DNA from: Octopus bimaculoides
Taxonomy: Eukaryota
DNA: 64,000 bases
Assembly (NCBI RefSeq): GCF_001194135.2
Contig: NC_069000.1
Span: forward strand, 9,481,984 to 9,545,983
Direction: 5' to 3'
The notes beneath the pieces are model-generated. The model saw only the letters and a list, made by a program, of their open reading frames with translations. It made no database searches and was not told where the DNA came from. Of the stretch, positions 12,329-25,095 are shown one piece after another (the first letter of the stretch is position 1; each line of letters starts with the position of its first letter). Position numbers and translations under genes: made by a program.

Positions 12329-13623
12329 AAAAACATATTCTTATACAGAGTAAATGTAATTCTTGGCAACAGGTATGAAGATCCATATGCTTGCATATAA
12401 ACCAAAATACAGTTTTGTCTTTCATATTGCAATTGCAGAGTAGTTTTCTTTGATTTATGTGCATCTCGTAAATCACTTGAATTGCAGCACCTTGTCTCCT
12501 CTGACGTAAAACTACTGGTGGAATATTTGAATTATTTTGACAGAACCACTCTAATGGTATCAGTTCTTATCACAGAAGCTAAGCAAGCTTCAACCTGACT
12601 AATGCTTACACATAATGTTGTTGTTGTTGTTGCTGTTGTTATTGTTGTTGTTGGTAGTGGTGGTGGTGTGGTGGTGGTGTGGTGGTGGTGGTGGTGGTGG
12701 TGGTTATCATTGTTGCCGTTGCCATTGTTTAGCCCCAGGCTGGCTCTAATCATGCAGATCAGTGGTGGAAGACTTTCCTACCTTGGCTACCTCATCTTTT
12801 TTCACTCTTAAGCATAGTGCACAATGCATCTGAACAACATCAACAAATACAGGTATATCAAATGCCATACAACATGAATTCTTGATGTATTAAAAATTAT
12901 CTCTGCTTCTAAAGGATGTATCTTAATTACCAAATAGCAATTAGGACCAATTTCTCTTGGAGAAGCAAGATAATCTACATTATCCAATCTGTCTTTCTTT
13001 TACTGTGTTTTTTCTTATATTGGTTAATTAAAAAAAAAGTTTTTTTTGTCATCGTTTAACCTCTAGATCATGCAAACATGTCACCAAAGGCATTCCAATC
13101 AAGATTATCCTAGTTTTTATTCAAACATGATATTTATTGGTTTCAAATCTTGACACAAGGCCAGAAAGTTAGGCAGAGTGGGTAAGTCAATTACATCAAC
13201 CCCACCAGTGCTCAACTGGAATACTTATTTCATTGATCCCAAAATTTGAACTCAGAATGTGAAGATGGACAAAATGCCACTAAGCATCTTGCCCAGAGTG
13301 CTAACGATTCTGCCACCACACCGCCTTTTGCAGACATAATATTTATTAAAAGCTACATTATCCAATGTTTTTTTCTCTTCTTTTTTTAAGATTGTGGGAT
13401 GTGATATGTGTACACACACACACACACACACAACCACACACACACACAAACACACACACATGGTGTTAGAAAGAGCATCCAGCTGTAGAAACTGTGCCAA
13501 AGCAGATATTGGGGCTCAGCAAAGTTGTCCGGCTCACCAGTTCCTGCTGAATCATTTAACCCATGCCAGCATAGAGAACAGACATTAAGTGATGAGGAAG
13601 ATGAATATACATACATACATACA

Positions 13624-13657
<34 letters not shown>

Positions 13658-13662
13658 CATAC

Positions 13663-13712
<50 letters not shown>

Positions 13713-13840
13713 GCTTCCTAACTATGTGGTTCCAGATTCAGTCTTACTACCTGTCAACTTGGGCAGGTGTTTTTTACTTAATCTCTGAGCTGACCAAAGT
13801 GTTGTAAGTGGATTTGGTAGAGGGTATCTGAAAGAATACT

Positions 13841-13888
<48 letters not shown>

Positions 13889-14602
13889 GAATGCGCATGG
13901 CTTAGTGGTTAAGTTGATTCCCAGCAGATTGTGTATTGCGTTGTGCTCTTGCGCAAACCACTTCATTGCACGTTGCTCTGCGATCATTTCAAAATCTGAC
14001 ATGTGGCACCCTGTTGTACCTGTACAGGTAATGTCAATCTGATCACTATAAACAAATCATCTTTGTGGTTGTTCGGTAAGAAATTGCCAAACCATTATAT
14101 GTCGTCTAATGACAGTAGAGTTCATTTTATATATATATATACATGTGTGTGTCTTTGTGTCTAAAACTTACAAACTCTCCCATATCCTGGAGCTGTCTTA
14201 GCAGCTTTAAGGCCTTTGGACAAATCAATGCACAGGGCCTTATAGTATTTTCCATTGCCAGTAAGATAGAGCATAAAAAAATCAGAACTGGGCCCCAAGA
14301 CTCCATGAAGTCTCTAGGCAATTGCCCAGCACGGCCATGTCTCACGACAGCACAGCTCATTGTACACACAAATTTTTAATAAGTTAGCATCTGACTTCTT
14401 TTACATTTTTAAAATTTTCACCTGGTTAATATCTGTAATTAATCCAGTATATGCAACTGAATCTGTATTAAATCAAAATGGCCAATGCATCATGTACTTA
14501 ATGTATAAACACAGTCTAGTTAATTTTTAATGTTTAGATTTTAATTTCAAAAGGTATTCTGATGACATTGCCAGTGAGTAACTCTGTAGGAAGTTGGAAT
14601 GC

Positions 14603-14645
<43 letters not shown>

Positions 14646-14652
14646 TATATAC

Positions 14653-14691
<39 letters not shown>

Positions 14692-14706
14692 TATATACAT
14701 ATATAA

Positions 14707-14748
<42 letters not shown>

Positions 14749-15375
14749 CTAGGCTCGATAGAAAAAGAGAAAATGTGATGAAGAAAACGATTAAAAAACA
14801 ACAAAAGCAAATAAAAAAAAAAGCTGGAATTGAAAAGCACAAAAAAATCCAGTCAGGAGAAAAATATATAAAAATCCAAGAAAAAAAAGTGTTTGAAGGA
14901 CAAAGATAATATAAACAAATGTAATAATGTTTTGTTTTGTTATTTCTTTTTTTGTTTTTACTTTGTTTTGCTTTCCGTTTAAATGGCTGTTACAAAACAG
15001 TGTTTGGTGATGCTAAAACATGAAGAAATCCAAAGTGAACTTTGGCATTTGTTCAGCTGTGTAACACAATTCAGTGAAAACAAAACAAAAGAGAAATAGC
15101 AGAGGAGAGAAGAGAAGAAACAAAAAAACTGCAGAAGCAATGCAACAACAGCAACAGCAGAGACAGGCTGAAAGCAGCAGACATTAGCAAATGTGTAAAT
15201 TCTATGAGCAGATGCACAATCTCATCTCATGTAAGATAAAAATCATAAGCATGCAAGAATGAGAGAGAAAACAACAACAATTCCATCTGATATGAAAATG
15301 GCCCCGTTTACATCCAATAAAAACAATGTTTGTGTTGTATGTGCACACATATATTTGTGTGTGTGTTTGTGTATG

Positions 15376-15414
<39 letters not shown>

Positions 15415-15448
15415 ATGTACATATAAATGATGTGCGAATGTGTGTGTT

Positions 15449-15495
<47 letters not shown>

Positions 15496-17109
15496 ATAAA
15501 TAAACCTATATATTTGTATACAAAATGTTGTTATATAATTGTATACATACATACATTCATACATGCATACATACATACATATATACATGCATACGTACAT
15601 ACACACACACATACATACATACATACACACACATACATACATATATACACATGCATACATACATACCTACATACATACATACACACACACATATACATAC
15701 ATACATACATACATACATACACACACACATACATACATATAGGGTATGCTATTGTTATGTGCTATGCAATGAAATACAAGTTGCACATTAACAAGTTCAA
15801 AGAGACTGAATTCAGAACTTGTAGCTAAATACTAGTAAATACTAGAGATTATAAGACCTACACAAAATACAGACAAATAATGTAAACTATTTCATGAAGA
15901 AAACAAATCCTATCAAAGAAAAAAAGAAAGAAAGAAAAAGAAAAAAGAGAAAATTATATTCTTCATTCAACATATTTTGAAACCCTTGTCTCTTCCCTAT
16001 ATAACCCAAACAAATCTAATATATTTAATTTTTTTTGATAGGCCATTTTGAATGGTTTTGGTGGCATATCAGTTTTTCTTTGGGAAAAGACTGGTTGCCC
16101 CTCACTCAACCCCTAACTCCATTCTTGGAGGGAAAAGGATTTTGTGACCACAGCACACACACACACACACACACCCACAACAGAGGCGTAACCAAATTCT
16201 AAAGTTAGTGGGAGCGAGCACATAGCACATAAAAAAAAGGCGCCATGACACATACCAAACAATTTTTAACTCATTTCTCTTATATTATGTGAAATATTTC
16301 ATTAGTTATAATATATGTAACTGTATTCTACATTCCTTAATTTCATCTTTTAGTAACAATGTTGTTATGTATGTAACTTACAACTACTGATATAGATAAC
16401 TAATGAGTTAAAAAAAATTATTGAAAAGGCGCCAATTTTGAAGGTTGTGCCTGGTGGGGGAGTGGTTTTCTCCCCTTGCTCCCCTATTAGCTATGCCACT
16501 ACCCAACAACCTTTTCACAGCACAACACAGCTGATTCAGAAAGTGACAGAGACACAGACAGACAGAGGAATATTTATCAAAAAAATGTCTACAGTTTAGG
16601 TTTACTTCACATATAAATAACAAGAGACTCATAAAGATTTTTGTGATATCTGTTTATAAAAACTGATGCCAGAGATCAAATTTCATAACCCCAGCTTTTG
16701 ATTCCTATACCCACAAGGGATTTAAATACCCTTGCCCTGATTAAGAAACGCCCAACAAGAAATCTCCCTTGTTAACAACCTAAGGATTAAGAGGTAATCT
16801 TCATTATACAGGCACAGGCATGGCTGTGTGGTTAAGAAGCTTGCTTTGCAGCCAAATGGTTCCAGTCTTCTACTATGTCCCCGAGTCAACCAGTGCTTAG
16901 TGAGTGAATTTGGTTGACGGAAACTATGAAGAAGCTCTTCACATGTATATATATAATATATAATAATATATAATATATAACATAAATAAATAAATAAATA
17001 AATAAATAAATATATATATATATATATACTTTATTTAAAAGCAGCAGAAATATAACAAAAGACTTTCCACATGTAGTTTCTATTTTCTTTTTTAATACAT
17101 ATTTTTATC

Positions 17110-17147
<38 letters not shown>

Positions 17148-17316
17148 NNNNNNNNNNNNNNNNNNNNNNNNNNNNNNNNNNNNNNNNNNNNNNNNNNNNN
17201 NNNNNNNNNNNNNNNNNNNNNNNNNNNNNNNNNNNNNNNNNNNNNNNNNNNNNNNNNNNNNNNNNNNNNNNNNNNNNNNNNNNNNNNNNNNNNNNNNNNN
17301 NNNNNNNNNNNNNNNN

Positions 17317-17585
17317 GCTCTTGTGCAGGTGGCACATAAAATACACCATTTTGAGCGTGGCCGTTGCCAGTACCGCCTGACTGGCCTTCGTGCAGGTGAC
17401 ATGTAAAAGCACCCACTACACTCTCTGAGTGGTTGGCGTTAGGAAGGGCATCCAGCTGTAGAAACTCTGCCAAATTAGATTGGAGCCTGGTGTTGCCATC
17501 CGGTTTCACCAGTCCTCAGTCAAATCGTCCAGCCCATGCTAGCATGGAAAGCGGACGTTAAACGATGATGATGATGATGATGATG
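17317..17585 (+). mobile_element. Interspersed repeat family B with a (GAT)n tail (SINE or LINE 3' end)
   Basis: GGTTGGCGTTAGGAAGGGCATCCAGCTGTAGAAAC..CCCATGCTAGCATGGAAAGCGGACGTTAAACGATGATGATG. Copies on + at about 24420-24600, 28700-28825 and 30758-30893; on - at about 31233-31370, 35885-36050, 36215-36450, 37175-37330 and 59340-59500. Confidence 0.8.
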
Positions 17586-18363
17586 ACACATATATGCATT
17601 ATTTTATAAATGTATACTTGTGTATGCCTAGGCACATGTGTATGTATATGTGCATGTGTATGCATGTGTGTGCAAAAAGCATATAGATATATAAAACTCT
17701 GAATTTTGTGAGACCATGCGCACACATACACACACACACATGCATACTCACATAAACACATAGCATACATGTTCACATAGGAGGAAATATGGAGGAAAAC
17801 ACATACTCAATACATGAACTAGAAATTATTCATTTAATTGACACAAAATCTTCACTCACCACTAGATTCAAATTCCTCCTCTCCTTGGACATTCCATAAA
17901 CTTTTACGTAAATGTGTGTATATATGTGTATGTCTGAAAGGTATATATATATATTGAGTTGTGTTAATGTGAGAGACATGTTCCAAATTTTCCACTTCTC
18001 ACCTGGTTTCCATCAAAAAGATTATATCAAGAGGTAAGATTTCAGATAAACAGCCCTATTAGAGGTTGAATAAGGAAACAAGTTTTTTAAGAAGTTTAAA
18101 TATTCTCAAGTATTTCTACATTTAGAGAATATTTTTACTTTTAAATTAAACGAGGAAGTGTTATTTTTTTAAGATGTCACATGGTTGAATGTACACACAC
18201 TCTCTCTCTCTCTCTCTCACACATACACACACACATATACATGTGTAATAGTTTGCATACATATGAACTTAATTACTTGTTTATCTTCCTGTCTTCTTCT
18301 ACTGTCCCCCTTTCTCTCTACATAAATAAATAAATAAATAAATAAATAAATACATGCATGCAC

Positions 18364-18411
<48 letters not shown>

Positions 18412-18606
18412 GGGGTACAATTAGTTTATAAAGAACAACACAAGAAGAACAAATGTTTGACAAAATGGTTCTAGTTTAACACTTTAACCCTTTAGTGTTC
18501 ACATTATTCTGCCAAAATTAATGCTTTTTTATCCACATTGATTTGAACTAATCATGCATTATCTTGTAGCTATGAGATTTTGATGAGGTAGCTGTTAATT
18601 TTTAAA

Positions 18607-18855
18607 ATGATACTCAAGCTCACACTGTCCAAAAGATTCAGCAGGCCTTTGGTGATGGATGCCATGGCCAAAACTTAAGATCAAGGAATGGTACAACCAC
18701 TTCAAACACAGTCGTATCTCAGTGGAGAGTGAGGCATGCTCAGGCAGGCCAACCACAAGCCAAAACAAGGAATTGATTGAGAAGGTTTGGTAAATATTCA
18801 TGGAAGATCGTTGTGTAACGGCCCAGAAAATTGCTTGCAAAGTGGGAATAAGCAC
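18607..18855 (+). mobile_element. Decayed mariner transposase 5' fragment (HTH region)
   Basis: Frameshifted translation TVQKIQQAFGD/DAM..IKEWYNHFKHSRISVESEACSGRPTTSQN..IEKV..MEDRCVTAQKIACKVGIS is the mariner N-terminal HTH/GRP signature. Confidence 0.85.
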
Positions 18856-19146
18856 AGGGTTAGGGTTAGGGTTTTAAGGTTAGGGTTAGGGTTTTAGGGT
18901 TAGGGTTAGGGTTTTAGGGTTAGGGTTAGGGTTAGGGTTAGGGTTATGAGTAATTTTGCCAAATTTGGTGAAAATCTGTTCAATACACCGCCACAAATTT
19001 TTCACCAAATTTGGCAAAAATACTCATAACCCGAACCCTAACCCAAACCCTAACCCTAACCCTAAAACCCTAACCCTAACCCTAAAACCCTAACCCTAAC
19101 CCTAACTCTAAAACCCGAACCCTTACCCTAAAACCCTAAAGCTAAA
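18856..19146. repeat. Head-to-head telomeric repeats, (TTAGGG/TTTTAGGG)n - inverted spacer - (CCCTAA/CCCTAAAA)n
   Basis: G-strand arm 18856-18946; 34-bp inverted repeat 18941-18974 / 18999-19032 with one mismatch; loop of about 24 nt; C-strand arm to about 19146. Confidence 0.93.
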
Positions 19147-21879
19147 ACCAGTACAAACGCACGAACGATGTCATAAATAACAGTACCGCCGATAGTTGTT
19201 GTTGACAAACAACGGCAGTAATTTTATTCAAGGGAAAAGATCCCATTACACCGCCACAACGTGTTGTTGACAACCCACAGCAGTAATTGTTTCCACCTCA
19301 ATAGACGTCAGTGATTGGTTGAAATTACCGAAATAAGTCAACTTTAACACGAAATAAATTTAAAAATATAAACTTTTCTCAACAACACTAAGAGTAAAAG
19401 ATGTTTTATATAACACATTCTACCAGTGTTCCAAGTTTGAAAGTGTTTCGTTAGGAAACAAATGGTGTCCGCCAAATCAGAAAGATCCCGGTAAAAAATT
19501 AAGCCGTTTTGAACGCACCTCTTATATATAAAAACATACATTTACATGTGTATGTGTGTGTGCGCGTGCGCGTATATGGTTAATATATGTGTGTAATATG
19601 TATTTTCCGTGCTGTAATTGTTTTAGTTTCAACAGATCAAATCGCTTGCCAGACAAACTTCAGAAATATGTGTATGTATGTGTTTAGAGAAAGTAACTGA
19701 GTGTTAGAGGTAGTTACATGCATACATACATACATACATACATACATACATACATACAAAAATGTGTGTCCATGTATATATACGTACATTCGCACGAACA
19801 TACTGGTATGTGATACATTCTCGCATGTTCTTACAGAGCATCCATCATCTGTATTTCACTAAAACCTATCTCACACCTCACAAACATACAGGACCAATAC
19901 GCACACACACACATGTAGATGACGTATGTGTGTGTGTGAGTATCTGTATGTGTACGTGTGCGTGCGTGCGTACCACGGTTGACACACCCATTTGCCTGGT
20001 GCCGAAATCTTAGAGTTTGATTACCATTACTGAAAGAATTTAAGCCTCTCTTTCCAGTCGTACTGCTTGAAAGCCTATAGAACTTTTCTCGAACATGTGA
20101 CTAACCATAAAACGTGACACCTGGGTGGACTAGTGAAAATAAAGAGTTGCAGACGGTTTAGATAGAATAACAGAAGTTGTTTATGATGAAATAATAAGTA
20201 GTGTACTTCTTATACATCACTTGGCGGGTAGAGTGTGTTAGTACGTGAGTATTTGTATGGCAGCAGTTAACTATGTTTGTGTGTGTTAGTATGGAAATTA
20301 ACTCTGTGTGTGTGGGGGGGGGAGTATTTATATGGAAGCTAATTATGCGTACGTTCTTGTGATTATTGCTGTTATTTAAGCTCCAGATCAGCTCTGACTA
20401 AGCAGTTCTCTATTATCAAAGGCATACCAGCCACGACGATAATAACATCATTCTTAGGAGCATCCCGAACCACAACAACATGGACATATGTCCTTCCGTT
20501 TATTTTATAGGTTGAGGTACAATTTGCGGGATATTTAGCTGCTATTTCTAGCATGTTGAGTGACCAGGTCAGTTGTTTCGGATAGGAAGTTGGAAAAGTA
20601 CATAAGTACTTTTTCTCTAAGTAAATACATTAATGCGTGTATGTATGTGTGTGTGTGTGTTATATGTGCTTCTTTATATTGTTCATGTTATTCCAGTTTG
20701 CTCCTGATCAACCCAGATAGAGCAGATCTAAAATCAAAAGCATTCTAGTCATGAATATCTTATCTGTTAGGGTTACAAAGAACTACGTTATCTAACGTGG
20801 CTATTACTTATTTTTCAAGGCAGTGGGATTTTAGGGAAAATTGGCTGCTATTACTAGCATGTCAAGAGACCACATAAAGAAACACTCGTTGGTTTGTATT
20901 TATGTATGCAGTTGCTAATGTTGTTTTTATTTAGTGTCAAGTGAGCCCTGATGCGCCTGGTCTATGTTCAGAAAGAGTCGTTCTAACCGTGACCAACTTG
21001 TTTTGCATGTCGCAGGCTTAATATATCGTTTTTCTTTTGTTTTTTTTTTAAAGAAATTCGGGTGTGAATTAAGAGAGATTTTGGCTGCTCTTTCTAGCAG
21101 GTCTATGATCACCTAGAGACCCTTTCATTGGTTTTGTGCATATGCGTACATTCATATATGTACATATATGTATACATGCGTGTATGTGTGTGTGTGTGCC
21201 TTTGTATGTATGTGTATGTGTGTGTGTGCAAGTATGTGCGTGTGCATCTCTGTATTTATGTATATGTGTGTGCGTCTCCGTATGTATGTGTGTATGTTTG
21301 AAAGTGAGTGTCTGTGTCTGTATGTATATGTGTGTATGTATGTGTGTGTGTGTGTTTTAGGGGAGTTGCATCGCTGTGTGTGTTTGTATGTTTTTGTGTG
21401 TATTTCTGCTAATAAATTTATATGGGCCCAACCTTCAGTTGTAAGTATAAACGTTGGCCCACCCTTCAATTGAAAAGTTATCCCTCCAGTTAAGTATAAC
21501 TAGCAACATTTGTGTTTGTGTGGGTGTAACTATGCAGGAGAGGAGAGGAGGGGATGCACATGTTTTGTTTGTGTGCTTGTATGTGTTTGTGGGTATGTAT
21601 GTATTAAGTGTTTTGAATTTTTGTTAAGTGTGTTGTGAGCATCAATTTGTATACCGATATGTGTGTATGCCTGGTTGTGCTTGTGTGTGTGTGTGTGAAT
21701 GCTGCTTTTAACTAGTCGTTGCTTTTTTAAGATTTTAGAAGCCAAGATCGTTTCCCTCCCACCACCGCTTCCTCTCACTGCAAATATGTACGTGTGTGTG
21801 GGTGTACATATACTTTATATCAGTGTGTGTGTGTGTGATTTTTTTACTACCCACAAGGGGCTACACACAGAGGGGACAA

Positions 21880-22065
21880 ACAAGGACAGATAAACGGATT
21901 AAGTCGATTATATCGACCCCAGTGTGTAACTGGTACTTATTTAATCGACCCCGAAAGGATGTAAGGCAAAGTCGACCTTGGCGGAATTTGAATTCAGAAC
22001 GTAGCGGCAGACGAAATACCGCTAAGCATTTCGCCCCGCGTGCTAACGATTCTGCCAGCTCGACG

Positions 22066-22072
<7 letters not shown>
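21880..22072 (-). mobile_element. tRNA-derived SINE, family C
   Basis: The - strand reads GAGCTGGCAGAATCGTTAGCACG..GTTCTGAATTCAAATTCCGCC..GTCGACTTTGCC..TTAAGTACCAG, with A/B-box-like motifs. Other copies at about 4440-4570, 38450-38650 and 58235-58390. Confidence 0.8.
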
Positions 22073-22102
<30 letters not shown>

Positions 22103-22567
22103 NNNNNNNNNNNNNNNNNNNNNNNNNNNNNNNNNNNNNNNNNNNNNNNNNNNNNNNNNNNNNNNNNNNNNNNNNNNNNNNNNNNNNNNNNNNNNNNNNN
22201 NNNNNNNNNNNNNNNNNNNNNNNNNNNNNNNNNNNNNNNNNNNNNNNNNNNNNNNNNNNNNNNNNNNNNNNNNNNNNNNNNNNNNNNNNNNNNNNNNNNN
22301 NNNNNNNNNNNNNNNNNNNNNNNNNNNNNNNNNNNNNNNNNNNNNNNNNNNNNNNNNNNNNNNNNNNNNNNNNNNNNNNNNNNNNNNNNNNNNNNNNNNN
22401 NNNNNNNNNNNNNNNNNNNNNNNNNNNNNNNNNNNNNNNNNNNNNNNNNNNNNNNNNNNNNNNNNNNNNNNNNNNNNNNNNNNNNNNNNNNNNNNNNNNN
22501 NNNNNNNNNNNNNNNNNNNNNNNNNNNNNNNNNNNNNNNNNNNNNNNNNNNNNNNNNNNNNNNNNNN

Positions 22568-22904
22568 GTTAGCTGAAGACATCATCAGGAGGAACCACGT
22601 CCGGTTTCGGCCCCTACTCCTCTACCGTTTTGACGTGGCGGGGCCACCCCCTTTCGGAGGTGTCTTCAGCTCTGGTGTTGGGTGCATGTCTTCTTTCACT
22701 GTTTGTGACTGTTCTAATTCAACTGTGGAATGTCCCTCGCTATGGTTATTTTCCAGGAGGTTCTGGCCACACGTCTTATGGTTCATCGACCCACGTTGTT
22801 GAATTACTTTCTTCTGACATACCTTCCCTTGGTGGATTAGGATCCAGTTAGCTGAAGACATCATCAGGAGGAACCACCTCCGGTTTCGGCCCCTACTCCT
22901 CTAC
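22568..22904. repeat. 279-bp-period unit bounded by a 58-bp direct repeat, next to an assembly gap
   Basis: 22568-22625 equals 22847-22904 with one mismatch. GC-rich, with internal inverted repeats. Confidence 0.85.
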
Positions 22905-23130
22905 ATATTGACATGTTTGTGAATAAGGAAGGGAGGAGAGGAAGAGAATAGAAGGCAGTGAATAAATAACCCTTCAAGATGTCAATTTTAGGAAGAAGGA
23001 TGGGAAATATAAGAAAAAAGAGGAAGAAGAAAAAATGAAGGAGTAAGAGAGAGAGGTTTCATTTCAATGATATTGTATCTATGTGGTCAACTCATTGAAA
23101 TTTAATTACAATTCAAGATGTTATTCTTCA

Positions 23131-23537
23131 GTAGGAGTGGCTGTGTGGTAAGTAGCTTGCTTACCAGCCACATGGTTCCAGGTTCAGTCCCACTGCGGGG
23201 CACCTTGGGCAAGAGTTTTCTACTATAGCCTCGGGCCAACCAAAGCCTTGTGAGTGGATTTGGTAGACAGAAACTGAAAGAAGCCCGTCGTATATATGTA
23301 TATATATATATATATATATGTATATGTGTGTGTGTTTGTGTGTCTGTGTTTGTCCCCCTAGCATTGCTTGACAAACGATGCTGGTGTCTTTATGTCCCCG
23401 TCACTTAGCGGTTCAACAAAAGAAACCGATAGAATAAGTACTAGGCTTACAAAGAATAAGTCCGGGGGTCGATTTGCTCGATTAAAGGCGGTGCTCCAGC
23501 ATGGCCGCAGTCAAATGACTGAAACAAGTAAAAGAAT
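23131..23537 (+). mobile_element. tRNA-derived SINE, family A (well-preserved copy)
   Basis: Same head, body and tail as 9664-10045. Confidence 0.85.
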
Positions 23538-23568
23538 ATTAACAAATATGCTTATATATATATATATA

Positions 23569-24078
23569 CTAGCAGAAATACCCGGCTTTGCCCGGGTTAA
23601 AGAGAATAATGAAATCTAAAAACGCTGTCTAGACTACGCAACCCTCAACTGTTAGTAGCTACGATACCATATTTCTACATTAATAACTCTCCAATCCATG
23701 CCAGCATGGAACATAGACATTAAGTGGAATGCCAGTCTCTCATCTAGGAGGGCCTTGAAATCAATGTTACCAACTGGGGACTATGTGTGTCGCAGTGATA
23801 ATAAAAAGACCCAAAGGAGGTCTGCAACGAAATAATTTTACTCAACACTTTGCAAGTGAATCAGTGGAGGCAACGATGCGTCTCATTTACTTGACAATTT
23901 ATGCACCACATTGCAGAAATCCCAATGTAAGTATATCTGAAAGGGTAGTCTTACACCGTTGTACCGTTGAATTACAAATAATGCTCATCTGTTATGAATG
24001 AAATTGGTTGCGTAGTTCTCGAGTTTTAGGGATTCACACAGACAGACAGACAGACATTCTCATTTTTATATATATAGA
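23569..24078 (-). mobile_element. Non-autonomous Helitron (510 bp)
   Basis: The - strand begins A|TCTATATATA and ends ACCCGG-gcaaag-CCGGGT hairpin, 7 nt, CTAG|T. It sits between A and T with no TSD, and has a subterminal (TGTC)n microsatellite. Confidence 0.85.
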
Positions 24079-24569
24079 TAATGAGAGAAGAATAATGGAA
24101 AGAGGAAGAGATACTTTCAGAAACAATGGCTGAATCAATAACACCTTGAATTGTAATTAAATTTCAATGGGTTGACCACACTGATACAATATCATTGAAA
24201 AGAACGCCCACTCTCTCTGTCTATCTTTTCCTCCCTCTTTGTCTTTTCTTTCTCTTTCTCAATTGTGTTACTCCCTATCTTCCTCTCTTTCTCCCTTTAT
24301 ATATATATATGTGTGTGTGTGTGTGTATTGTGTGTGGGAGTGCATGTGTGCCTGTGTCTGTGTGCATGTGTTTGTGTGACCTCATTGGTGCCAGTGCCAC
24401 AAAAAAGGTACCAAGTATGCTCTGTAAAGTTATTTGCATTAGGAAGAGCATCCAGCCATAGAAACTGGGCCAAAGTACACATTGACATTGGAGCTTGGCA
24501 CAGTTTTCTCTGCCTTACGAACTCCTCTTGAATATTCGAAAACATGCAATCAGGAAAAATAGATGTTAA

Positions 24570-24600
<31 letters not shown>

Positions 24601-25053
24601 CGATGATGACAACGACAACGACAACGACATCAAAAGTTAACAACCTACACAAAGTTCAACCCATAGCTGAACTGTTTGCAACCGTCAGAGTAAACAAGCA
24701 GCATTTGATATAATATCTACTCTACCCAATGGATTGAGTTCTATATCAGATAACATTTACACTAAGTAAATATACTTTAATATACTTAACAGGTCTTACA
24801 TACTGATGTGTGTATGCATATATATATATATATATACATATCTTTGCACATATGTATATNNNNNNNNNNTCATATATATATATATACATATACATATATA
24901 TATATATATATATGTACATATATATGCATATATATATTACACACATATACACATCTGTATGTATACATATATGCTTATACATGTATAAATATATATATCT
25001 GTACATGTATATGTATAAGTGTGTGTGTGTGTGTGCGTGTATGTGTGCGTGTG

Positions 25054-25095
<42 letters not shown>

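Noticed and set aside
14750-14909. Lys-rich ORF tail (RLDRKRENVMKKTIKKQQK..)
   Set aside because: A-rich low-complexity DNA next to a microsatellite, with no splice context or homology.
10214-15828. Many ORFs rich in YI/CV/HT/TH dipeptides
   Set aside because: They are translations of (TA)n, (TG)n and (TACA)n microsatellites.
22571-22680. Canonical hammerhead ribozyme on the - strand
   Set aside because: CUGANGA and GAAA are present, but only 4 nt separate the putative cleavage triplet from CUGAUGA and stem II lacks the G-C closing pair. Kept only as a structured-RNA candidate.
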